Below, in pieces: positions 12,101 to 22,300 of a stretch of 33,298 nucleotides of DNA. The notes beneath the pieces are model-generated. The model had not been told where the DNA came from. It searched no databases and saw nothing but the letters and a program-made list of their open reading frames with translations. Position numbers and translations under genes: made by a program. Location of the stretch: assembly GCA_000934665.2 (NCBI GenBank), contig JYFJ02004287.1, forward strand, positions 1 to 33,298, in the 5' to 3' direction. Within the stretch, counting starts at the first letter, position 1, and each line of letters opens with the position of its first letter. The stretch is from Catajapyx aquilonaris (taxonomy: Eukaryota).

Positions 12101-15100
12101 TGGATGGTCGATGGATAGGACGGGTTCCTCATTTCACAGCCCAACACTTTGTTGACCAACTCCGAATGCTGAAAGTGTCTGAGGAACATGACTCGGTTCC
12201 CAAATTCCTGGAGATTGTTCTGGTGCCCAAGACAGAGCGTGGCCAGTTTCCAGGTGTGTTTCTGTTCACTAGTGAAGCCCGGATGATGCGCCCTGTTTGG
12301 AACTTGGCTGCGGGGAAGGTGGAGTGGATTGGGACATTCGAGCAGATATTTATGAACATATGCATCCAGCCTGAGGAAGCAAGTCAGGATGGAACAACCA
12401 CACATCAAGAGCTCTCCAAGGCAGGATTTCTGAGCAACTTGGCCCAGCTCATACCCATGCCAGACTATAACCAGTCCCCAAGGAACATGTACCAGTGCCA
12501 GATGGGGAAGCAAACCATGGGGACACCATGCCACAACTGGAAGATGCAGAGTGAGAGCAAGCTGTATCGCCTTCAGACACCCACATCACCATTGTTTAGG
12601 CCCACATTTTACGACAAGATTGGGATGGATGAGTTTGCAATGGGGACCAATGCAGTTGTTGCTGTTGTGTCATACACGGTGAGATCATTACATTGTGCCT
12701 TTCAGGCAGAAAAAAGGGTACAGTTGAAGCTAACAAATCAAACTCTGGCAGAGGTGCTCCAGTATTAAGAAAGTGAAAAATAGCTCTACACACATTACAT
12801 GAGAACAATTTATTTTCAGCGAGCCATACTGGATAATGCACCAATACGTCATTAACTTGTTATGTACTTTATTTTTAAGGGATATGACATGGAGGATGCT
12901 ATGGTGATCAATAGATCATCTATCCAGAGAGGATTGGCACATGGTTCAATTCACAAATCTGAATTTATCAGCCTTGCCGATATCCTTCACACACCTTACA
13001 CGAAGGTAATGCAACAATACAACATTGTCAATCACATCACTTGCTGTGACTCTCGAATTTCAGAGCATTTTCCAAAGAGATCCACACAAGCCAGAGCTCA
13101 TAAAATACCTGGACTCAGATGGACTTCCATACGTAGGTTCAAAGCTGACGGAAGGAAACCCACTCTACTGGTAATGGATTCCAGTGTTTGTTATTTTCAT
13201 GCCTGACGTCAAATGTTGTGGTTGCAGCTTCTTCAATGCAGAGGAAGGTCACTACATTGTTAAGAAGTACATTGGCAAAGAGACAGGATATGTGGACAAT
13301 ATAAAAATATGTGGAAACAACTCAGGAAATGGTCTAATGAACAAGATTAGCATGTCTATGCGCATCACTGTAAGTTATTTCATGGGTATTGTGCAATTAT
13401 TTATTTATAATTTTATGTTAACATCGTGCAGAGGAACCCAGCTGTAGGAGACAAATTTGCAAGCAGGGCTGGCCAGAAAGGAATATGCAGTCAGCAGTGG
13501 CCTCAGGAGGATTTGCCGTTCACCGAGAGTGGGCTTGTTCCTGACATCATATTCAACCCACATGGATTCCCTTCTCGAATGACAATTGGTACTGTTTCCT
13601 TGTACACAATGTTGTACTATACCATGAGCCCCTAATGTAAATCTGCAAATCTTTTTTACAGCTATGATGATTGAGATGATGGCAGGAAAGTCAGGTTCAA
13701 TTCATGGGCTGGTCCATGATGCATCTCCATTTCGCTTCACTGAGAAAAACACTGCTATTGACTATTTTGGTCGCCTTCTAGAGGCAGCTGGATATGACTA
13801 TTATGGCACTGAGCGAATGTACAGTGGAGTGGATGGCCGAGAGATGGAGGTGGACATATTCATGGGCATAGTCCACTACCAGAGGCTGAGGCATATGGTG
13901 TCAGACAAGTGGCAGGTCAGAAGCGTAGGACCTGTTGACCTGATCACCCAGCAGCCTATCAAAGGGAGGAAGAGGGGAGGAGGCGTCCGGTTTGGAGAGA
14001 TGGAGCGAGACTCCCTTTTGTCCCACGGAGCAGCCTACCTGCTGCAAGACAGGCTCTTCCATTGCTCAGATAAGACCAAGGTAGGTGGGGTTATTTTACA
14101 ATATGCACATTTCACGTAGGAACTTTATGCGTAACAAGGTTCCGCAGAGAGCAAAAATGTGGAGCTCATATACTCAGAATCTCATTGCCTAACTAGAATA
14201 TAAAGTGTGGGCAATTTGTAAATTACCTGATGTGAACTTGATGTTCATAGCAGAATAACTACTTTCTTTGTTTCACATTATGAATTACTGTATCAGAGCA
14301 GAGGGAGTCTTCTCTGCCTTTCCCGCCACTTATGCGTGACCAAATCCATTGTTTCTTCAAACATCTGGCAGCACATATTTAAAAAAAAAAAAAAAAAAAA
14401 AAATCTAAAATCCAAAGCATTTTAGATAAAGGATTCTCTACCTGTATTGTACTTGTATTCGTAGTTGAATCCAGATATAACAGCCTCTTGCTATAACAGA
14501 CTTTCACTTATAACAGGTTACTTGATATACTTCGATTTATGGCCTGTGTATTCAGCTATAACAGACTGATTTCTAAGATCCCTCAAAGTCTGTTATATCC
14601 GGAATCAACTGTACTTGTACGTAACTCTTCACAGCCGCTTTTCCATAGTGTGGCTACGAATGATTACACATTTGAAGGTGTGTTATCATATAGGATGAGT
14701 GTTGACAATGGGGTTTGACAGATAATTTGTAAGGGCCAATATCGATAACTACGCACATATCTTTTGCTGATAAAAATATAATGGTACAGTTGGCCCTAAT
14801 TATTATCAATGTGCTTATTAACCCCTGCATATGTGCAAAAGAGAGAAAATGGCAGCTTTTCATTACTAATTTGGAGCATCAAAAGAAGTGAGAGGTGAAC
14901 TCCTATGCTAAAATATGCATGTTATTTCTCTTGAAGGTGTACGCATGCCAAAAGTGCGGAAGCCTCCTCTCCCCCAAAATCGAACTGCCCAAGGAGCAAG
15001 GTGCTGTGACGAAGGAGTGGGATCCCATCCCTCGTTGCAGCCTCTGCGATGAAGAAGACAATGTGGGCACTCTGGAGATACCATACATCTTCAAGTTCCT

Positions 15101-15188
15101 GGTCACCCAGCTGGCCTCAGTGAACATCAAGATTAAGCTTGACCTCTCTCCAGTTGGACAACCTAGAATAGGTCAGGGAGAGAAATGA
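9107..15188 (+). CDS. POLR1B: DNA-directed RNA polymerase I second-largest subunit (RPA2/RPA135); 14 coding exons
   Basis: Exons: 9107-9202, 9271-9408, 9899-10093, 10371-10610, 10678-10850, 11065-11588, 11670-11798, 11912-12678, 12880-13005, 13064-13170, 13228-13369, 13432-13588, 13662-14080, 14937-15188. Motifs: [77 protein letters not shown], and a C-terminal CQKC..CSLC zinc ribbon. Confidence 0.96.
10888..11000. mobile_element. Degenerate foldback MITE in POLR1B intron 5
   Basis: ccagttgcaccacagccagaaaacat pairs with atgttttctggttgaggtgcaaatgg (26 bp, 3 mismatches). Confidence 0.55.
14462..14611. mobile_element. pogo/Tigger-like MITE in POLR1B intron 13
   Basis: Imperfect terminal inverted repeat tagttgaatccagatataacag / ctgttatatccggaatcaactg followed by TA, with internal TATAACAG repeats. 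Confidence 0.6.
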
Positions 15189-15438
15189 TACTGTCCATTC
15201 AAATAAATACTGTATTGTTGCCGTTGTAAGGCTGATAACATTATAATTTGGGAGATTGTGGGGGCCCAAAACATAAATGATGCAGCAACAACGATGAGCA
15301 GAAAGAAAACATTGTTTTCAACACGACTTAGCCATTACACATTTCTTGACTACCATCAGAAAGTTCTCCATGAGACATGCCTCATTTATTATTCATTCTA
15401 CCAAATTTAGACTTTTTTTTTTAGTCCAATTGTGCCAT

Positions 15439-16286
15439 CTACTTGGTCGCAGATTCTAGGTATGAGATGAGATCTGCACGCTCCTGTGGTTTCTTGATCC
15501 CTGCAAACACCATCTTGGTTCCTGGGATGTACTTCTTGGGATTCTCAAGGTACTCGAAGAGAGTATCCTTGCCCCATGTGATACCTAAAAGAATGAAAAA
15601 TACAGTTCATGAAACTTCGGTATGCACATTTGGGGGGGAAAAGAGAGAATCCAAGAAAATTTAGCTTTTGAAAAGTGTACCATTTGTAAAGCCAGCTACA
15701 TACCTTCTAAACCTCTAATTTCCCTTCTAAACCTTTCATACGCTTTCAACTTATTCTCTCCAATAGCTGACCCTTTTCCTTTTAATTCCCACAAAAATTG
15801 TCATTAGATGTGACATGTTTTACTATTTTTTTAAACACTAACTTAGTTGAAAAGATAAAATACATTTGGTTTATACCTTTGTTCTTGTTGGCATCGGTGT
15901 AGGCAAACCCAGGAGCCTGTCCGGTCCTGCGGCCAAAAACACCGCTCAGGTTAGGTCCTACCTTGTGCTTTCCACCCTTCTCTACAGTGTGGCACTGCGC
16001 ACAGCGCTGCACAAACAACTGGGGAAACATGGAAAATTGCCAACTTTCAATCGAGCCAATTATTAATCCCATTTTCATTCAGATTGAGCAACAACGTGTT
16101 ATTACCATCACAGAAGCACTGGTACATGGCACTTCACAGTTAACTTTTACCTCAGAACAGCACAGCATTGTCTAATTGCAAAATAAGTTACCTCACTGGA
16201 GCATTGCGTTTATAATAATCTGATATATCAAAATATGTTGAAAGGCTACCCATTGTTTAACCAATTCCATCAGTTGCACACTACTG

Positions 16287-16329
<43 letters not shown>

Positions 16330-16853
16330 ATACATTTCTTCACGGCATTAGTTCCCATAGAGGGGTAGCCAGTGGTGTCCAGGTATTACCTGGCCACATC
16401 ATTAAGACTGACATAATGATGCAATAATAAAGCCCTTTACTGGATTATGAATTAAGTCATAAATTAAAGCGGATCCCATGAGGCCGCATAGTTGATGTTA
16501 TTGTTATTATTATTATTTAGTATTAAAGTACCGGTAGTCAGAATAATTATCTCTTGTGCTGTACAACTATAGTTTCCATTATTTGCTCCCATTATCAAAT
16601 CCATTGCATGCGGCAAGGATCCTTCCATTAGGCAACCAGCTGTTCTGCGTTACATCACTCCTTGAATATTCAGCCTCACAAATAATGATCACTGTGCCCA
16701 TATATCCCAACTCCCCTGATAAAAAATTAACATTGGGGAAAAAAAAACCTTCCTATAATCTGAATCCTTGCATCACCACCGCCAGTACACCCTGTTCCAA
16801 AATGCTGTGCTCACCTTCTTCCCCTTTTCCACATCACCAGCAGGTACACCCAT
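15439..16853 (-). CDS. CYCS: Cytochrome c, 108 aa; 3 coding exons
   Basis: Exons 16853-16815, 16018-15877 and 15584-15439 total 327 nt and give [108 protein letters not shown]. It has the CxxCH haem motif and [11 protein letters not shown]. Confidence 0.98.
16287..16328. repeat. (TAA)n microsatellite in cytochrome c intron
   Basis: About 14 consecutive TAA/ATA units. Confidence 0.95.
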
Positions 16854-17024
16854 GATTTGGCTTCAACTTGAAACTCCTGCAATTTCAGAATACAATCTCA
16901 CAAAAAAAAATTTAAAGAAAGAATGACCACCACCCACGCATTTCCCGGGAAACAAAAAAAAAATTGCACACTGGAACCCCAGTTCTAATTATACCAACCC
17001 ACAAACACCCCCCCTCCTTTTACC

Positions 17025-17101
17025 CTTGGCTCAACCCAGTGACCCACATTCGAACCCGCAAGTGCAGCATGAAGGTCCCTGAGATAATTCCAGAGTAATG
17101 A
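17025..17101 (-). other. Probable non-coding 5' UTR exon and initiator of cytochrome c
   Basis: A minus-strand TCATT initiator-like motif lies near 17097-17101 and a GTAAAAG donor near 17023. An acceptor (ttgcag) near 16877 precedes the ATG exon. Confidence 0.55.
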
Positions 17102-17159
17102 GCCGAGTATGACCCCCAGTGAATGTGCAACTAACCCGGTTCGATCCGATGTGATCGCC

Positions 17160-17560
17160 GAAAGGAAGTTGAGAACGTCCGAAATGGAAGAGAGGCCAGA
17201 GGAGGGGAGGGGGAGGCAAGGCGGTGGTTACCGTGACGTCATGTTGATTTTTCATTCAACCTGGTTGCGCGGTTGGTGCGCATGCGTGTAGGGGAACGCA
17301 GAGTGGTGATTGGTCAACTGGGAGGACCGCATGATTGTGGCTGGATTGTGTGAACAGGAGTGACGCATTTTTGTGACAAGGGGAGGGCGACGATTGGCCC
17401 AGGGGGTGTCACCACTCCTGACGTCAAGGAAAAAATGGCACGTAATTCAACTGTGGAGTTGCATAATCTTCTTGGGATTTCGTGTGCGTGGTGAGATGGG
17501 TTGTTCGCCCTGCCCCCAGGCCCCGGTGAACGTGGCTGTCGGACCTTGGACGCTGATTGG
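17160..17560 (-). promoter_or_regulatory. CpG-rich cytochrome c promoter with CRE, NRF-1-like, ETS-like and CCAAT motifs
   Basis: TGACGTCA at 17234-17241 and 17419-17426; TGCGCATGCG at 17277-17286; GGAAGT at 17164-17169; ATTGG (CCAAT on the gene strand) near 17309, 17393 and 17556. Confidence 0.65.
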
Positions 17561-17920
17561 TGATAACACGGCCTTTCTTTCCCTGCCCAATAATAAGTAT
17601 AGAAGCGGGAAACGTAGCGGTTTGTTTGCTCCAGCCGGCTCCAGCATATAAAGCAACAATCAAGATAATGTATGAGGCATAAACAAACTTCTCCCCTTCT
17701 GATGGGGACACCCGAAGTATGAGAGCTCGATTCTTCCAATAGGCTTTCTATCAGGTCACGATTTATCATTCGGTTGAAATAAATGAGTTCACATAAACAG
17801 GACGAAAAGAATCGCCAACAAGCGGAGAATGATTAATAAGACAATAACATGACATAAATGTAACACATTCTCATCGAACATAATGTGTAGAATTGGCTAG
17901 ACGTGACTCTGTCCCTACAC

Positions 17921-18203
17921 CAGTGTTTCTCAATCTTTTTCATTGGCGACCCCAAATAATTACGAAAAAGAAATTGTCTCGTAAAATTCATGACGCCCCA
18001 GAATGATGTGAACATTTTGATCCTCCAGCAAGAAAAGACAGCAGGTAGACAGTGAAATGAAAATAATTGATAAATATTGTCGAGTATCTGAATAATAATT
18101 GTTCTGTAACTTTACCTCAAGAGCATAATTTTAAAAAGATAGAATCATTTTGTGCAAATAATTTGTTACCCGTTCCTCGCGACCCACAGTTTGGGACGCA
18201 CTG
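17921..18203. mobile_element. hAT (Charlie-like) MITE
   Basis: Termini cagtgtttctcaa / ttgggacgcactg; 8-bp flanks ccctacac and ccctaaac (7/8 match); subterminal GCGACCC motifs. Confidence 0.75.
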
Positions 18204-18397
18204 CCCTAAACACTCATTGACTCATCACCTAGGTGCATGTAGTTACCATAGTTATAGTAACCAAGTGGAGTGTCAGTAGTGTGCAAGGGAGGATACGTGC
18301 CGACTGGTAGTGACATATCGGACTTACTCCCAAGCGGGAGGGGGGCTGGGCAGTATTGCCAAATTTAGGCCAAATTTGACGCTACCACCTTCCCAAC

Positions 18398-18487
18398 GGG
18401 TGTTCCAGATTCACGGGTCACTTTTTGATAACTGATATCGCCCGATTTAGCAGTTATTAAGAAGTGACGCACGAATCTGGAACACCC
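18398..18487. mobile_element. Short Tc1/mariner-like foldback element
   Basis: 37-bp inverted arms (18398-18434 / 18451-18487) with 5 mismatches and GGGTGTTCC termini. Confidence 0.65.
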
Positions 18488-19013
18488 TGCTGTATTAGAG
18501 GTTGTTCCACTTGTGGAAATTGTCTTTCACGGTCTTTCAGACCCTTTTATGCATTCATATTATGGCACCAATCCACTCGTTCGGGTCGTTCCCATAATGA
18601 TAAGGAGCCCACGTAATTATTATTATCAGTACTTTCCAGAGTGCAATTATTGCGCCAAGAGTTGAAATGAAGCGTTCTGCAGTCCAGAGAAAGGGGAACG
18701 TGGTCGTTCCCGCTGCGTGGACCGCCGTTCCATCCGTTCCCTCGGTTCAGAAGAGAGAAACCATTTCTCCCGGAAACACGATGCAAAGAAGGGAAGGGCG
18801 ATTCCCTCCCCCTTCGCCCTTCTCCCTCCGCCGCTCTCGCTGCCCTTCTACTTGACCTCTCCCCTACAGACACTCCGACGCGGGCAGCTCCCGCGACAGG
18901 GGAGGGGTGCAAGAGCCTCCCAGGGGCATCCGTCCGTCGGGGGAGGATAGAGTCAGCGGGAGACACACCGCGGAGAGGGACGGGTTCTCACAAAATAAGA
19001 TAACTAAAAAAAG

Positions 19014-19342
19014 ATGGCGGCTTGGAACCAGCAGAACTCGTATCCGCCCCAGCAGCAACAGCAGCAGCAACAGCAGTACCCAGGGGCGGCCCAGGGGCAG
19101 ATACCCTACCCGTGGGGGATGTACTACCAGCATGCCATGGCCCAACCAGGACAGCAGGCCAATGACCCCGGACATATTCACCAGCAGATGTACATGAACC
19201 AGCTCCAGTACGCGGTGCCAGGGCAGTACGTGGACTACCAGCAGCAGTATTACTACCAGCCTGGTGTCGAGGGGTATGAAGGAAGGGGTGCTAATTACAT
19301 GATGCAGTATGACAGCTACCCGGGTGTCAGGCCTGCTGTTTG

Positions 19343-19375
<33 letters not shown>

Positions 19376-22300
19376 ACAACAACAACAGCAGCAGCAGTAT
19401 GGGGTGCAACAGAGTGAGCCGCAGATTGCAAGTGTGCCACAGCCGAATGTGCATGCATACACGCCTAAGGTGACTACGGAGCACTTCCAGCCGAAAGATA
19501 ATCAACGGGGTGGGGGAAACTCAGGTGGACGAGGTCGTTGGCATGATTACAACAAGGTCCAGACACCAAAGGTGGAAATGCCAGTCCGAAAACCTGATTT
19601 TCGACCGCAGCGTAGCCCTGGGACTTACCCTGACAGCCTGAGTGCTGCGGGACGTGATGGGGCCAGAAAAAAGGTGCTGGCTGAGACGGCCATGTTTCTA
19701 AATGCGCTTAGGTCGCAATCAAGCGCAGTTCCAGTCCAGCCAGAGATGCCGCAGGAAGAGACACGAATCAGGAATGGAAACCGTACTTTTACAAACAGCA
19801 GGTTTGTACGGGGCGGCAGCAATGCTGACCGCGGGAAGCAGGACAGGCGCAACTACAACCCTGAGTGGAAAGGAGGGAACCACGAGTGGAAGAACGTACC
19901 TCAGAGTAACCTAGAGTGGAAGCCTGCCATTCCTGGAAACATGGAATGGAAAGCAAGTGTCCCTGGAAACTTGGAATGGAAGCCTAGTGTCACTGGCACC
20001 TCGGAGTGGAAAGCTGCCCCACCTGGAAGCCTGGAGTGGAAGAATGGCCCGCCTGGAAATGCAGAATGGAAAATGGGGCCACCAGGAAACATGGAGTGGA
20101 AGAGCGGAACATCCAACAACCGCAGGAAAGCTCCAGTGGTGCAAGCCCCTGCAGCCACAGCAGATGAAGATGATGCCAGCCAGCGTGAACGCCTATCGGA
20201 GCAGCTGTCACGCGGCGTGTACGAGTGCATGGTGTGTTTTGAGAAGGTGCGGCAAGGTGATTCTGTTTGGAGTTGCGGAAACTGCTACCACATATTCCAC
20301 TTGTGGTGCATCAAGAAGTGGGCCAAGTCATCCAAAGGAGGTAATGTGCATTGATTATTATGAATTTATGATAATAATGGAAGATCATATACCACTGTGC
20401 AATGATTTTATGTGAATTATGTATGGTAGGCTTTTTCCCGGATTGAGGCTGTTCGTGCAATGATGTGAATGTTATTGTGCAAGTCTTTGGATTTGGTTTG
20501 ATTAGGAAGGAGCCTAAGCAACTATTGCTATGTGGCGCAAGTCTTTGGGAATTCAATTTTACCAGAAGTGGTCATCTGTGAAATGTCACATTTTAATCAG
20601 GCCCATGGGCACAATCAGAGAACATTTTAATTGCCAAAATACCTACATTCTACAGTATTAGTTAAATGGTAATCCGCGTTGGAAGTATTGGACACTGCCA
20701 AAAGTAGCTCAAGGTCTGTGTAAGGAAATGTTTCAGCCATTTTCTCATAGTCCCAATTGCATGGGGTTGAAAGTTCAGCCATTGCCAAGATTGCCTGTAG
20801 AATTGCCAATTAGAAAAGAAAATTGAGAACTAGAGCTGATATAAATATGAACAGGATTATATGCTAGTGCAGAAAATTGTGCAAATGCATGAAATGTAAC
20901 AACACAAAGATTCCCCTTGTTAGTAATAATTATAGGGTAGCACTGTATTGTGCTAATGAGACTTAGCATTTAAGCTAAAAATTCTCATGATTACCATGTC
21001 ACAATGCTGTAACAGGTGGTTTTCTTATTAATCCCTGAAGGAAGTTTAGCTCATGTTTGTACTGTACTGGTCAGAATTCTGCTCATAATTTTGAGGCATG
21101 AAAATAGTAGGCTATATCTATTCTCATAATAGGCAGCTACATTTACCTACATAGATTACACTGAGTTTTTTTTTCTTTTCTAGACGACGGGTGGCGGTGC
21201 CCAGCCTGCCAGAACTTGACTCAGGAGGTTCCCTACAAGTATGTGTGCTTCTGCCGCAAGATGACCAATCCAGAGTGGAATCGTAATGATGTCCCTCACA
21301 CATGTGGGGAAGTGTGTGGGAAGGCCAGGGAGGATGGCTGCCCACACAAGTGCCTACTGCTCTGCCATCCTGGACCATGTCCACCTTGTACTGTTCGTGT
21401 CTCAAGGTAAAACAATGGCTATGAAAATAATATTAATTGCAAGGAGGGTGATATGTCATAACTACTATTTTGTCTTTTTTTCTGTTATCAGATCATGTGG
21501 TTGTGGAAAGGTGAGCAAAGCAACCCTGTGTGGACTGAGGAATGTAGATTTGTGCGGCCAGATGTGCCAGAAAAAGCTCAACTGCGGAGCCCATACTTGC
21601 GAGGCATCTTGTCATGTTGGGGCATGCGAGGACTGCAAGTTGCTTGTCATTCAGGGTGAGGATATGTCAACTTGCGAATTTCTTTATGTCCAATAATCTT
21701 AACAGTTATTAGACTTGAACTCTGGATCCTTTGTAAAGGATAATATTCCTAGCCTACCCTTGTCAAATTCTTGTACCACATGGTGTAAGGGGACGTCCAC
21801 ATATTACGTAACGGGATTTAGGGGGGGGAGGGGGTTTGGGCGAGCGTGACGGTCCGTTACATGGGGGAGGGGGGGGTTGGGTAGCCGTTACGTAACGCAT
21901 TTGAACGCACTGTATAAAAATATTCCGACTCGGCGTGGCCCGCGTGGCTGCGTCGTCCGCTACTAATCCGAATCGGTAAAAAACGTGCGAAAAAAGCTAT
22001 TTATGAGACTTTTCGTAGGAACTTGACAACCTCACTATTTTTATGCAAGGTATTTATGTGAGTCACACATGTTGTACTACTTGTTGATTCCATACCTATT
22101 GCGTGACAATTGTTCCAGGGTCTCAAATTCATAGAAAAATGACATTTTTGTTCTGACTATTTTCTCTTTAATATAAAACATGCCCATATTGTAGCTTTAA
22201 AAATACGCACCTGTACGTAACGTAGTTCGTTAATTTTTTTCGTTTTTCTTCTGAAATACGGGCGACGCGGTGGCGTAGTGGTTTAATATTATAAAGTCCG

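Noticed and set aside
14740..14747. Perfect DRE (TATCGATA)
   Set aside because: It lies in a POLR1B intron far from any evident start site and is probably chance.
17314..17769. Several overlapping ORFs in the cytochrome c upstream region
   Set aside because: GC-rich promoter DNA produces chance ORFs; none has protein-like features.
18864..19505. 213-aa poly-Leu ORF on the minus strand
   Set aside because: It is the antisense shadow of the stc polyQ exon.
19863..20102. CRISPR-like repeat-spacer array
   Set aside because: The constant part is only 9 nt, lies in frame within a eukaryotic exon, and there are no cas genes.
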